Shown: positions 49,673 to 60,388, counted from the stretch's first letter. The stretch is DNA of 64,000 bases from Synechococcus sp. (GCA_047284725.1 JBJBEO010000001.1:1144203-1208202); one strand, 5' to 3'. Notes: a model not told the origin generated them from the sequence alone. Translations and numbers: made by a program.

Positions 49673-51694
49673 TCAGCTCGCCCGCAACTGCAGCTGATCT
49701 GCCACAGGGTCAACCGATGCCACGGTCACCTTCAGCCGATCACCGGGGGTGCTTCCCGGTGGACAACCAGCGGCAACATCCATGGCGAGACTGTCAATCC
49801 GAATCAAGCCAAGACCGTCTTGGGGTCTCAACCAGCGCAGAAATTGTGCTGGCCATTGTTCCTGACTGTGGTCAGCAAACCAAACCTGTTGCCAATGTCG
49901 CTGATCTTCGCGGCTGATGTTAATGCCCTCACGGCAGGCCAGATCCACCTGGGTGACGAGCTCCTGGAGTTCGTCTTCCTTCATGGGTGATGCACCGTCC
50001 AGGCAGGCCAGAATCTGACGCTGCACCACCAGATCTCCGTAACGCCTGATCGGTGAAGTCGCCTGCACATAGGCGGGTAAGCCAAGGCTGAAATGGGCGG
50101 CGGGCTTCGTACCCATCAGTCCTCGACTGAGACAGCGCTTGATGGCGGCAAAGCGAACGGCGCCTTCCGGCAGGTCATCCAGCTGTGCGGGTGAGGGCAG
50201 ATCCGCAGGCAGCTGACTACGAAACGGCAGAGGGATGGCGCAATCGATGCCGAATTGTGCAGTCACAGCGCCGGCGAGAATCATCGCCTCAGCCACCATC
50301 AAGCGTGAGGGGGATGGTTCACTGATCTCGATGCAGGCCGTTCCTTCGCGACTACGCACGCGGCCTTCAGGAAGCTCCATCATCAGCGCGCCATGCTGTT
50401 CTCGCCAGGTTTTCCGGCGTTTCAGCAGACGATCAAGGTCGGCCAGATCGGCTTCCTCCGGTGGAGCCAGATCAATCAGATCATCCGCATCGTCGTAACT
50501 GAGCCTGTAGACGGGTTTCACCCAGCTGCGGCAGATGCCGTAGCTCTCAATGGTTCCATCCTGATCGAGTTCAACCCAGGTGCTCCAGGCTGCATTGCGC
50601 CGACCGGCACGGAGGCTGAAGGGACCGGTGGAGAGCGAGCTGGGAAACATCGGTTCAATGCCCTGCGCCAGATAAAGACTGCTGCCTCTCTCCTTGGCTT
50701 CGTTGTCGAGACAGGACCCTGGCTCGATCAGACGTCCTGGGTCGGCGATGTGAATCCAGATGCGTTCTGTCCCATTGGCCAACCGTTCGAGGGACAGGCC
50801 GTCATCGATGTCTCGGGTGTCGGCATCGTCGATTGTGACGCAGCGCAGATGGCAGAGGTCCTCACGTTGGTCGTCACCTGGCAGGCACTGCTCACTGCGA
50901 TCCAGCAGCTTTGCCGCTTCCTCCTCCATGGCCTGACTGAAACCACTCGACCATCGGCTTGACTGGCGAGCTGGTAGCTGATGCGGGTCTGCCTGGCCGA
51001 GTTGCACAAGTCGTTGATGAAGGTCGTGACTGGAGCGATCCAGATGAAGTGCCTGAAGCACCTCCCGACATCTCGGCGCAAGCTTGTCGGGCTCGATTCG
51101 CTCGGCTGCAAGTTGTTTCATCTGCTCGATCCACTGTTGTTGGTGGCAGTCGAGATCCGTGAGCTTGAACGGGGTCTTGCGATGAAATAAATCGAGCAGC
51201 TGCTGGCGCCTGCTGGCTTCGATGCGCTGATGTCGTTGGTTCTGTCGCAGTCGTTTCAGGTCTTCTGAGGATCGGGCTTCGATCTCTCCTTGCCTGATGC
51301 GGAACATCAGCTGGGGACCATGCAAGGCCAGCCAGCAGGCTGCGCGGTGCAACGGCGTGTCCGAGCCAAGAACAAGATCGGCAAATTCACCAAGCCCGGT
51401 CTTCTCGCTGGCTTCTCGCAATAAGACCCAGGCTGCGCCCCATTCGCGACGACTGGGATTGTTCGTTTGCAGGTCGGTGGCGCTGAATTCCCATGGAGAG
51501 CCCCCCAGCCTTGATGGTGGTTGAACACTGTGAGGCAGGGGGGCAATCACTTCCAGGTGGCGTTTGGGAACCACCAGGGTTTTGGCTTTGAAACCGAGAT
51601 TGATCTTGTATTTGCTGCCCTGAACAGCTTGGATCAGAGCAAGCTGGGGCCCAGGGGAATCAAGAAAGCCGACGAGATCGCCGGCTCGAAACAC
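49673..51694 (-). CDS. rnb: Ribonuclease II
   Basis: TIDDADTRDIDDGLS catalytic motif, IHIADP and HFSLGL..Y.QATSPIRRYGDL. Confidence 0.92.
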   Translation of the reverse strand: MFRAGDLVGFLDSPGPQLALIQAVQGSKYKINLGFKAKTLVVPKRHLEVIAPLPHSVQPPSRLGGSPWEFSATDLQTNNPSRREWGAAWVLLREASEKTGLGEFADLVLGSDTPLHRAACWLALHGPQLMFRIRQGEIEARSSEDLKRLRQNQRHQRIEASRRQQLLDLFHRKTPFKLTDLDCHQQQWIEQMKQLAAERIEPDKLAPRCREVLQALHLDRSSHDLHQRLVQLGQADPHQLPARQSSRWSSGFSQAMEEEAAKLLDRSEQCLPGDDQREDLCHLRCVTIDDADTRDIDDGLSLERLANGTERIWIHIADPGRLIEPGSCLDNEAKERGSSLYLAQGIEPMFPSSLSTGPFSLRAGRRNAAWSTWVELDQDGTIESYGICRSWVKPVYRLSYDDADDLIDLAPPEEADLADLDRLLKRRKTWREQHGALMMELPEGRVRSREGTACIEISEPSPSRLMVAEAMILAGAVTAQFGIDCAIPLPFRSQLPADLPSPAQLDDLPEGAVRFAAIKRCLSRGLMGTKPAAHFSLGLPAYVQATSPIRRYGDLVVQRQILACLDGASPMKEDELQELVTQVDLACREGINISREDQRHWQQVWFADHSQEQWPAQFLRWLRPQDGLGLIRIDSLAMDVAAGCPPGSTPGDRLKVTVASVDPVADQLQLRAS

Positions 51695-51709
51695 TTGGGC
51701 AGCCAGGGA

Positions 51710-51931
51710 TCAGCCCTCGGGATTCACGAAGGGCAGGAGTGCCACGATGCGAGCACGCTTCACAGCATTGGTGAGATCACGCTGTTGCTTGGCGGTGAGG
51801 CCGGTGAGACGACGGGGAAGGATTTTGCCGCGTTCGGTGATGAACTTCTTGAGCAGATCCACATCCTTGTAATCGATGGGATCGCCGGGCTTGATCGGAG
51901 AGAGACGCTTCTTGAAGAAAGAGCTGGACAT
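51710..51931 (-). CDS. rpsR: 30S ribosomal protein S18
   Basis: [26 protein letters not shown]. Confidence 0.99.
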
Positions 51932-51969
51932 GATTCAGAACGACTGGGAAGTGGTGTGGACCTGCAGGG

Positions 51970-52164
51970 TCACTTGATCTCCTTGTGGAGAGTCGGCTTG
52001 TTGCAGTGGGGACAGAACTTCTTGATCTCCAGCCGTTCGGTGGTGTTCCGGCGATTCTTCTCGGTGGTGTAACGGGACACACCGGGAGAGCGCTTGGCGG
52101 GATTGGACCGGCATTCGGTGCACTCGAGAGTGATCACGATCCGGACGCCCTTGTTCTTGGCCAT
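51970..52164 (-). CDS. rpmG: 50S ribosomal protein L33
   Basis: [18 protein letters not shown]...[23 protein letters not shown]. Confidence 0.99.
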   Translation of the reverse strand: MAKNKGVRIVITLECTECRSNPAKRSPGVSRYTTEKNRRNTTERLEIKKFCPHCNKPTLHKEIK

Positions 52165-52304
52165 AAAGGACGTTGCGCCGCAGTTGCGTAGCGAAGTGAC
52201 AGCCAACAAGCTTACAGACCGATGGTCCCCTCAAACCCGGATGTGCGCCTCGGAATGATCGGTGGGAATGATTCGTAGGATTGCTGGCTCATTTTGTCGG
52301 CTTC

Positions 52305-54776
52305 ATGCGGGTTTCCCTCTCCTGGCTTCAGGACCTCGTCAAGCTCGACGACTCCACGGAACAACTGGCGGAGCGTCTGTCGATGGCAGGGTTTGAGGTG
52401 GAGGAGATCGAAGACCTCAGCTTGCTGGCCCAGGGCGTTGTGGTGGGCCATGTTCTGGAACGGGAGAAACACCCCGATGCCGACAAGCTGAGTGTTTGCC
52501 AGGTGGATGTCGGTTCCGGGACGCCTTTGCAGATCGTCTGTGGTGCCGCGAACGTTCGGGCGGGTATTCATGTTCCAGTTGCCACCGTTGGAGCTGTGCT
52601 GCCAGCGGTGGATCTGAAAATCAAATCCGGTCAGCTGCGTGGGGTGACCAGCGAGGGGATGATTTGCTCCCTGACTGAGCTCGGGCAGTCGAGCGACGTG
52701 GATGGCATCGCCATTCTTGAAGACCTGGTCGCCACGATCCCTGCTCCGGGGACCCCTGTGGCTGCGCTTCTGGGGCTGGACGACACCGTGCTGGAGCTGG
52801 CGATCACCGCCAATCGCCCGGATGGTCTTTCCATGGCCGGCATTGCCCGTGAGGTTTCAGCGCTCACAGGTGCTCGACTGAACTTGCCGCGACTGCAACA
52901 GCCCAAGGTCACAGCGCCTCTGGAGACTGATGACCACAGCGCAGATGCCATGAAGCAGGGGGGGCTCTATGCGATCACCGAGCTCAAAGGTCTCAACGCT
53001 TCCCTTCCTTCGCCCGCCTGGCTGCGTCAGCGACTGGATCGTGCCGGCATGAACAGCGTGAATGCCGTTGTCGACCTCACCAACCTCGTGATGCTGGAAC
53101 AGGGTCAGCCGTTGCATGCCTTTGATGCCGATGTGCTTGATGGTCTGTGCGGAGGTGTTGTCTCCGCCGCCGACTTCGGATTGCGTCAGGCTCGTGAGGG
53201 TGAGCTGTTTCAAGGCCTTGACGGTCGTGAGATCGAGCTCGATTCGCGGGCCCAGCTGGTCACCTGTCGCAACCGTCCTGTGGCATTGGCTGGCGTGATG
53301 GGGAGCGCAGACAGCGGCGTCACCCCTGCAACGAATAGGGTCTGGTTGGAAAGTGCGCTCTTCAGTCCCACGGCCGTGCGCAACAGTAGTCGCTGTGGTG
53401 GTCTAAGGACGGAATCCAGCAGCCGTTACGAGAAAGGGCTCCCCGTTGAGGTCACCCTTGCAGCAGCGCAGAGAGCGATCGATCTCATCCTCGAGCATCT
53501 TGGCGGCGATGCGGAGACGACCCATGTCTGCAGTGCACCGCAGGAGGAGAGAGCGCCGTTGTTGCTGCGCAGAGCGACTTTGCATCAGTTACTCGGTCCT
53601 TTGGCTTCGGATCACGGGCCCATGGATCTCGATGACACGGTGATCGAACAGTGCTTGACGGCTCTGGGTTGCGAGCTTGCATCCCGTGAGGACGGTTGGA
53701 GTGTGTCTGTGCCTCCATCGCGGAGCTGCGATCTGGTGCGCGAAGTCGACCTGATTGAAGAAGTGGCACGCCTTGTTGGATTTGATCGCTTTGAATCGCA
53801 CCTGCCTGACCCCCTCGAGCCAGGTGGTCTGAAGCCGACGCAACAGGCCGAACGTCGCCTTCGGACCCTGCTTTGCGGTTCGGGGCTGCAGGAGATCACC
53901 ACTCTCTCCTTAACTTCCGCTGAGCCGGAAGCCCAGCCGGTTGGTGAGGCTCAACCTGAAGCTCGGATTGGTATCAGCAATCCTCTTCTGGCGGAAACAA
54001 GTCACCTGCGTGCCAGCCTGTGGGAGGAACACCTGCGGGTCTGCCAGCGCAACCTTCAGGCGTCGAAGCCGGGATGTTGGCTGTTTGAAATCGGCAACGT
54101 CTTTGCCAGCCATGGCGAGGCCATTGCGCAACAGGCACGTCTCGGCGGTGTGATCTGTGCCGACCGTCGACTCGAACGCTGGAGCACCAGTGGCAAGGCA
54201 GCACCACCGGATTACTTCCAGGCCCGCGGCGTGTTGACACGAGTGTTCCAAGCCTTTCAGCTGGATGTGATCGATCGGCCCAGCACCGGCGACGGTCGGT
54301 TCCATCCAGGGCGCTGCGCCGAACTGGTGCTGGAAGGCCGCCCCCTCGGCAACTTTGGTCAGCTGCATCCGCTTCTCTGCGAACAATTTGATCTGCCTGA
54401 TCAGACCTATCTGTTTGATCTGGACGTGACGCGCTTGCTGGAAGCGGCAACCCGCAGCAACCGTTGGACGCCTGCCTACAAGCCATACCCCACGGTGCCT
54501 GCGATGGAACGGGATCTTGCCGTTGTGGTCAACCGCAACCAGCACAGTGCTGAGCTGCTCCAGGCCATTCGCAAAGCTGGTAAACCCCTGCTGGAAAGCG
54601 TTGAGTTGATTGATCGTTTTGAGGGTGGCCAGCTCACCGATGACCAGTGCAGTCAGGCATTCCGCCTTCGTTATCGCGGCAAAGCGAACACGCTGACGGA
54701 TGAGCAGGTTCTGCCTGTGCACGAGAAAGTGCGTCAGGCGCTCACCAGGCAGTTCAATGCTGAACTGCGCAGCTGA
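52305..54776 (+). CDS. pheT: Phenylalanine--tRNA ligase beta subunit
   Basis: MRVSLSWL, HPDADKL, IVCGAANV, TANRPD, DLIEEVARL and the C-terminal TLTDEQV. Confidence 0.98.
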   Translation: MRVSLSWLQDLVKLDDSTEQLAERLSMAGFEVEEIEDLSLLAQGVVVGHVLEREKHPDADKLSVCQVDVGSGTPLQIVCGAANVRAGIHVPVATVGAVLPAVDLKIKSGQLRGVTSEGMICSLTELGQSSDVDGIAILEDLVATIPAPGTPVAALLGLDDTVLELAITANRPDGLSMAGIAREVSALTGARLNLPRLQQPKVTAPLETDDHSADAMKQGGLYAITELKGLNASLPSPAWLRQRLDRAGMNSVNAVVDLTNLVMLEQGQPLHAFDADVLDGLCGGVVSAADFGLRQAREGELFQGLDGREIELDSRAQLVTCRNRPVALAGVMGSADSGVTPATNRVWLESALFSPTAVRNSSRCGGLRTESSSRYEKGLPVEVTLAAAQRAIDLILEHLGGDAETTHVCSAPQEERAPLLLRRATLHQLLGPLASDHGPMDLDDTVIEQCLTALGCELASREDGWSVSVPPSRSCDLVREVDLIEEVARLVGFDRFESHLPDPLEPGGLKPTQQAERRLRTLLCGSGLQEITTLSLTSAEPEAQPVGEAQPEARIGISNPLLAETSHLRASLWEEHLRVCQRNLQASKPGCWLFEIGNVFASHGEAIAQQARLGGVICADRRLERWSTSGKAAPPDYFQARGVLTRVFQAFQLDVIDRPSTGDGRFHPGRCAELVLEGRPLGNFGQLHPLLCEQFDLPDQTYLFDLDVTRLLEAATRSNRWTPAYKPYPTVPAMERDLAVVVNRNQHSAELLQAIRKAGKPLLESVELIDRFEGGQLTDDQCSQAFRLRYRGKANTLTDEQVLPVHEKVRQALTRQFNAELRS

Positions 54777-54781
54777 TCCGA

Positions 54782-56158
54782 TCAGCGACGTTTCAACAAA
54801 GCCAAGCACTCGAGATGGGTGGTCTGAGGAAAGAAATCGACGGGTTGAAGCTGCTCGATGGCATACACACCCTCCTCCCCCGCCAGCCGTTTGAGATCCC
54901 GGGAGAGCGTGGCTGGGTCACAACTGAGATAGGCCAGCCACCTCGGCGGGCATGCCAGGACATGGTCAACGACCTTAGGATCCAAGCCTTTGCGGGGTGG
55001 GTCGACCACCAGTGCATCGTGGCTGGGCAAGGCCTCTTTCAGATGGGTTTTGACATCCCCTGCTTTGAATTGGACGGTCTCGAGCCGGTTGCGTGATGCG
55101 TTCATACGGGCCTGATCGACGGAGGCTTGGTGCAGTTCCAGTCCGAGCACGGTGTGCCCCTGGGCCGCAAGCGGAAGCGCAATGGTGCCGATGCCGCAAT
55201 AGGCATCGATCACCGTGGTGGATCCAGCATTCAGCAGAAGCCAGGAACAAAGCCGGTGAATGGCGGCTTCAGCCTGCAGGGTGTTGACCTGAAAAAACGT
55301 GGTTGTTCCAAGCCGGAGCGAGAGATCGCAGAAGGTTTCCTCGATGTGGTCTTCACCACACAGACGTTCTGTCTGCGAGCCCAGCACCTTGTTGTTGCGC
55401 TGGGGCTGCAGATTGAGGGTCACACCTTTGACCTGGGGCCATCGGCGACACCATGCTTGGGCAAGATCTCGAAGCCCATCCAACGCTGTTGTGCTACTGA
55501 CCAGCGTCAACAAGACCTCATCGGTACGGGTGCCGAGGCGAAGACCGAGATGGCGCAGTCCATCACCGTTGTGCAGATCGGCATCAGCCGGCCAGCCGGT
55601 AGCTTGCAGATCCTGCTTGATCGGCTCCAACAAGTCATCCAGGCGTGGATCCAGGACAGGGCAATGGTTGAGGTTGACGATGCGATGGGATCCACGCCTG
55701 TAGTAGCCCATGCGTAATTTTCCTTGGGCATCCCTGTGCAAAGGAATCAGGGCTCGATTGCGATAGCCCAGCGCTTGGGATGGATTGGTGAGCACCGGTT
55801 CTGACTGATGCTGCAGCCCCCCGATACGCGACAGGGCTCGATCAAGTTGTCGGTGCTTCCATGCCGTCTGACTGCTGTCGTTGAGATGCTGAAGGCTGCA
55901 ACCACCACAGTCATTGGCAAGAATGCAGGGGGGCTTACGCCCGTCCACGGCGGCGAGCAGGGTCTCGGTACGACGCGCCAACCATTGCGACCGCTTGCGT
56001 TGTTGCAACTGAACCCGTGCCACCTCTCCGGGCAGGAGACAAGGAACTACCACAACCCAGTTCTGCCAACGGGCGATGCCATTGCCGCGTAGGTCGAGAT
56101 CCTCACCGGTCACGGTGATCACCAGGCCTGGAACGGGTGTGGGGTTGGTCTCGGCCAT
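54782..56158 (-). CDS. rlmD: 23S rRNA m5U1939 methyltransferase
   Basis: TRAM domain, CGGCSLQH, FFQVN, DAYCGIG, VDPPRKG, YLSCDPATL and DFFPQTTHLE. Confidence 0.95.
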   Translation of the reverse strand: MAETNPTPVPGLVITVTGEDLDLRGNGIARWQNWVVVVPCLLPGEVARVQLQQRKRSQWLARRTETLLAAVDGRKPPCILANDCGGCSLQHLNDSSQTAWKHRQLDRALSRIGGLQHQSEPVLTNPSQALGYRNRALIPLHRDAQGKLRMGYYRRGSHRIVNLNHCPVLDPRLDDLLEPIKQDLQATGWPADADLHNGDGLRHLGLRLGTRTDEVLLTLVSSTTALDGLRDLAQAWCRRWPQVKGVTLNLQPQRNNKVLGSQTERLCGEDHIEETFCDLSLRLGTTTFFQVNTLQAEAAIHRLCSWLLLNAGSTTVIDAYCGIGTIALPLAAQGHTVLGLELHQASVDQARMNASRNRLETVQFKAGDVKTHLKEALPSHDALVVDPPRKGLDPKVVDHVLACPPRWLAYLSCDPATLSRDLKRLAGEEGVYAIEQLQPVDFFPQTTHLECLALLKRR

Positions 56159-56238
56159 TGCAAAGGCGTTACACCCAAGCCGCGGTGCGCGGTTTGAGGG
56201 CTTTAGAGCACTAAACTCTCTTCAGCATGTCAGCCGTC

Positions 56239-56733
56239 ATGAGCGTTGTTCGGGATCTGATTCTGCAGGCCGATGACGATCTCCGCTATCCCACCAGCGG
56301 TGAATTGCGCTCGATGGTCGACTTCCTCGATCAGGGAGCCGTCCGCCTGTCGGTTGTTCGCGTCTTGACCGACAACGAGAAGAAAATCGTTGATGAGTCG
56401 GCCAAACAGCTGTTCAGCCGTAAACCCGAATACGTGGCACCTGGCGGCAATGCCTATGGCCAGAAGCAGCGTGCTCAATGCCTTCGCGACTACAGCTGGT
56501 ACCTGCGCTTGGTGACCTACGGCGTCTTGGCAGGAAGCACCGAAATGATCCAAAACATCGGTTTGGTGGGTGCCCGCGAGATGTACAACAGCCTGGGTGT
56601 CCCGATGCAGGGAATGGTTGAGGCGATGAAAGCCATGCGCGAAGCATCGCTAGCGCTTCTTTCCGATGATCAGCAATCCCTCGCTTCTCCCTACTTCGAC
56701 TTTCTGATTCAGGGCATGCAGACGTCCACCTGA
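56239..56733 (+). CDS. apcD: Allophycocyanin-B alpha subunit
   Basis: MSVVRDLILQADDDLRYPTSGEL...PGGNAYG...CLRDYSWYLRLVTYGVLAG...REMYNSLGVP; stand-alone allophycocyanin alpha-type gene. Confidence 0.92.
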   Translation: MSVVRDLILQADDDLRYPTSGELRSMVDFLDQGAVRLSVVRVLTDNEKKIVDESAKQLFSRKPEYVAPGGNAYGQKQRAQCLRDYSWYLRLVTYGVLAGSTEMIQNIGLVGAREMYNSLGVPMQGMVEAMKAMREASLALLSDDQQSLASPYFDFLIQGMQTST

Positions 56734-56760
56734 TTGATCACGTCCTCAACCTGCGCAGTT

Positions 56761-56785
56761 GCCGGTGATCACCACCGGCCTTTTT
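56761..56785 (+). terminator. Rho-independent terminator of apcD
   Basis: GCCGGTG-ATCAC-CACCGGC followed by CTTTTT. Confidence 0.8.
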
Positions 56786-56957
56786 ATTGTCTTCAGGTCC
56801 CAATAGCCGAAGTCAAGACTTAGTGCGAGACCGAGTTTGCGACACGTTCTGGATAGACGAAACATATGGATCCTGTCCCTGTAATGCCCCCCGGGCAGCG
56901 ACAAGCTACTGGTGCACATTGCTTTTGAGCGGTCTCTGCAGCAATGATCGACAATCC

Positions 56958-57632
56958 TGGGTCTTGCCTGAGTCTTATTTCTAGTCTCGTACCTGGACTC
57001 AGGGGCGATGGGTGGTGAGCTTTCTGGCGTCTCACCAGGGATGCATCAAATGAGGCATTTGCTCTTCCTTGGATCGAAAGTGGACCGCCGGGCTTGGCTT
57101 GACCCTGCGTATCTGTGTCTACAGCAGGTACGCAGGGTCAAATAATCAAGTAAAAACAGAAATCTTCGGCCCTGCTATTTGGACTGGACGACGATCATGG
57201 ACTCGGTGGACACGGGGATGGCCACCCGGAGTGCGCCTCTTCGCCTGTTTTCTGTCCGTCGTCGACGTGGTTGATCCAACGTCAGAGGACGTCAGCAAAG
57301 GGTTGGGAGGCTGCAAATAAAACGATCGAAAAAATCGATGTTGATTCTTTTTGATTGCCTTGCAGTGACAAGGATTTGGCCTTGCTGGTCTAGAATTGGT
57401 CTCGTGGCGCGTCTCAGGTCTGGACTGACCCTGGTCGAGCTGGATTCAATTCCGCCTGTCGGGTGCCCCCTTGCTGGGTCTTGCATGGCCTTGTAGTGCC
57501 GAGCTGGCGATGATCAGGATCCGAGCGGTTGTCGGCCTGAGCGGGTCAAGCTCGTCTGGTTCGCCCAGCGAGAACCCTTGTGTCGTGACTGTCTTGGATG
57601 AGACGGGAAATGGGTCTTGCGATGGGTCTTGC
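56958..57632 (+). repeat. Four direct copies of TGGGTCTTGC
   Basis: Exact copies at 56958, 57475, 57611 and 57623. Confidence 0.85.
57099..57141. repeat. Inverted repeat / long hairpin
   Basis: TTGACCCTGCGTA (57099-57111) / TACGCAGGGTCAA (57129-57141), extendable inward. Confidence 0.85.
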
Positions 57633-57645
57633 TAGAGACTGTCGG

Positions 57646-58737
57646 TCAGTTTTTTTGTCGATAAAGCTCTCGCAGCATTCCATAGGCCTCGTTGAGGCGT
57701 CGCATGGCGTCTGTCGAGCCTCCTGAATCGGGATGGGTGTCCAACGCTTGTTGCTTGTACGCATCGCGAATGATTTTCAGTGTGAGGGATGCGCCGGCTT
57801 GCGTTGGGATGCCAAGCAGCTTCAGAGCTCCATGCACGGTCATGGTGGATTCCAGCGTTTCAAAGGAGGTGACTTTGCGGCTGCGTTTGAATCGATTAAC
57901 GAAACGTCGAATCAACGTCGGCAGCCGGTGAATCAGCGTTGCGGAGGCGAAGGGATCTTCCAGAATCCCTGCGACAACCATCACCTGCTCAAAGCGTGGT
58001 GCTGCTTCCACCCATCCCGGGCAGAGGGAGTTGATCATTCCACTGGCTTGCGTCCAGGTGAAGGTGCGGCCTTCTGCGCCGTCGACATTCGGCCAGATGT
58101 CTCGAGCCAGCCATGTCATGGCGGCTTCCAGAACGGTGCTTCCTGCAGACTTGCCGTAGAGCGCCAACCAGTGGTCCGCAACGGCTTGGCTGCATGTGAC
58201 CAGCACCGTTGTTTCGATGGTCGGCAGCAGCGGACTGTCGGCCGTCTTCGATCCTTTCGGTTTCAGGCTTTCTCTGATTTCACTGGTGCGCTTCTGAACA
58301 AAGCCGGGGAGGTTGATTCCTCCTGTTGATTTGTTGGCGGCTTTGACCTCCGTGGAAGCAACGTCATGCGGAGCGACTTCCCGACCATCAATCATGTCCA
58401 GAGCGCCACGCCCAATCAGGACCAGGGCACGATCTTCGCTGTAGCTCGGTCCAACAGGGGTTGCTGACTGGTGATCAAGCTCTGAACTCTCTGTGGAGTG
58501 AGACCCGGCAGAGGTTGTGCCGATATCCACTTGGGTGTTGGAAGAATCCGCACCGTCCAGGCGGTCTTCGTCGTCCTGATCGTCGTAGCTCCTGAAAATT
58601 TCCTCAAGCACCCGTGTGAGGCAATCGCCTCGGGCTCGGAGGCCCCACTCCCCTTTGAGATCATCCAGACGCCTGACGAGAGAGTTGGGCAGCTCAACAC
58701 TGATCCGCCGCCTCTCGTTGGTCTCAGGTTCTGTCAC
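57646..58737 (-). CDS. Ribbon-helix-helix (CopG-like) N-terminus + C-terminal J-domain protein
   Basis: RRRISVELPNSLVRRLDDLK...RGDCLTRVLEE; IRDAYKQQALDTHPDSGGSTDAMRRLNEAY. Confidence 0.85.
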   Translation of the reverse strand: MTEPETNERRRISVELPNSLVRRLDDLKGEWGLRARGDCLTRVLEEIFRSYDDQDDEDRLDGADSSNTQVDIGTTSAGSHSTESSELDHQSATPVGPSYSEDRALVLIGRGALDMIDGREVAPHDVASTEVKAANKSTGGINLPGFVQKRTSEIRESLKPKGSKTADSPLLPTIETTVLVTCSQAVADHWLALYGKSAGSTVLEAAMTWLARDIWPNVDGAEGRTFTWTQASGMINSLCPGWVEAAPRFEQVMVVAGILEDPFASATLIHRLPTLIRRFVNRFKRSRKVTSFETLESTMTVHGALKLLGIPTQAGASLTLKIIRDAYKQQALDTHPDSGGSTDAMRRLNEAYGMLRELYRQKN

Positions 58738-58762
58738 TCAAGTCAGACTTTGCAAGCCAAGC

Positions 58763-60388
58763 TTATCGACCTTGCATGCGCCGAAGCCACTCTTCTTTGA
58801 TGCGTAGGGCCTCTCGATAACGCTGCTCGAGACTGGGCGTCAATCGATTCGGCATGATCATCGCTGGTGGCATGGTGCTGGTTCCTCGCCGGGAGCCTGC
58901 CATGGTTGATCGCTGTCGTGAGGAGGGCTGATGATCAGATGGCCTCCTCTGCGGGGCAAGAACCTCAGGAGGTTGGGGTAAGGGCGTTGACCGCGTTTTC
59001 GCTACGGGTGCCGGCGGAGCTGTGGTGGGAGTGATCTGTCGTTCTTTCTTGGCAGCGAGTTCCCGTTCTGCAGCTTCCTGCAGCTGTTGGCGCCGTTGCA
59101 TCATGGCCAGTTGTTGCACGGGTACAACCGATAAGAGGTGTCCCGGTGTCGCATCCGCTGGGTAGACAAGGCTCACCTTGACGCGGTTGTTCTGGCCTGG
59201 TTTCAGATTGAGCTGACTGATGGGAAGGCTCTGGCCTGATCGAAGTCCTACGTGCACTTCGCGATAGCCTTCATCCATTTCGATTCTCAACGATCCACGA
59301 AATGCTGTAAAAGCACTACGCCCGGACGCAACTGGATGACTGAGAACAAGCTCATGGGGGCCTGTTCCTGTCAGGTTCAGATCGATGTCGTAGCGCACGC
59401 CGTAGGTGCCGACATTGTTCACGGCTGAGTCGATCATGCGCGTGCTCAGAGGGTTGATCTGAATGTCCCTGGTGCCGAAATGATGCTTGTGGGTGCTGGT
59501 GAGCGGAACATGCAAGGAGCCTTGCTGAAGATCGTGCCGAATGGAGGCGGTGTAGTGGTCTCCGAGTGCAACACCTGCAACTCGTGAAAACACTCTTCCT
59601 TGTTCAATTTCTCTGAGTCTGTTCAGATAAATGCGTCCAGGGGCCAGTCTTCCTCTGTCAAGCACGGCCATCAGATCTGATTCATTCTGGCTTTCCTCTG
59701 CTGCAACAACAGCCATTTGAAACTTGCCATCGCTGCTTCCTCTCAGCAGCCCGTTGGCAATTCCCCGTGCAGGCAGCACAGTGCTCACGATCACCCTCCG
59801 ACTTCTCGGAGGAATCACAATCCTTTCAGGTAATCCTCGATCCAGTTCGCCCCTGAGCATCTGCACGGCGGTTGCGTCACCGGGGCCTGTGTTCCATGGG
59901 CGCCGACCAAGTGGCTTCACACCCATGAGTTTGTTGGGGTGATAAGGGGCTTCAAAGCTATTTTTGACTGACCCTCTCTTCATGGTGAGTGTGACCGGCC
60001 GACTGCCAGGATTGATTGCGATAGCAGCAATCGTGAGCAGTCCTCGCTTCCTTCTGCCACCAAGACGCGAAGAATCACTTGGGTAATACTTGTGATGCAT
60101 ATGCAGCCCGAATTCACCGTTGAAGGTGAAGGCCGCATTGCGCAGAGGCTGATTTGTTTCCGCTGCAATTCCTACACCCTGCTGGGTGTTGACCAGAATC
60201 CCCCCCCCTTTAACAATTTCCGGCTGATTGGAATGGAGAACAGGCACGTTATTGAACGTACCGTTCAAGGGCCGTGCGGCTTGACCGGCCATCAAGGGGA
60301 CGTAGGCCATCGCAGGCTGATGCAGGAGTGTCTCGCCGATCAAGGAAGAGACGCCGAACAAGACTAGGAGTGAGATGCGCTGAGACAA
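58763..60388 (-). CDS. DUF3370 family exported protein
   Basis: RPLNGTFNNVPVLHSNQPE, GTYGVRYD, FRGSL and VYPADATPG; start approximate. Confidence 0.85.
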   Translation of the reverse strand: MSQRISLLVLFGVSSLIGETLLHQPAMAYVPLMAGQAARPLNGTFNNVPVLHSNQPEIVKGGGILVNTQQGVGIAAETNQPLRNAAFTFNGEFGLHMHHKYYPSDSSRLGGRRKRGLLTIAAIAINPGSRPVTLTMKRGSVKNSFEAPYHPNKLMGVKPLGRRPWNTGPGDATAVQMLRGELDRGLPERIVIPPRSRRVIVSTVLPARGIANGLLRGSSDGKFQMAVVAAEESQNESDLMAVLDRGRLAPGRIYLNRLREIEQGRVFSRVAGVALGDHYTASIRHDLQQGSLHVPLTSTHKHHFGTRDIQINPLSTRMIDSAVNNVGTYGVRYDIDLNLTGTGPHELVLSHPVASGRSAFTAFRGSLRIEMDEGYREVHVGLRSGQSLPISQLNLKPGQNNRVKVSLVYPADATPGHLLSVVPVQQLAMMQRRQQLQEAAERELAAKKERQITPTTAPPAPVAKTRSTPLPQPPEVLAPQRRPSDHQPSSRQRSTMAGSRRGTSTMPPAMIMPNRLTPSLEQRYREALRIKEEWLRRMQGR

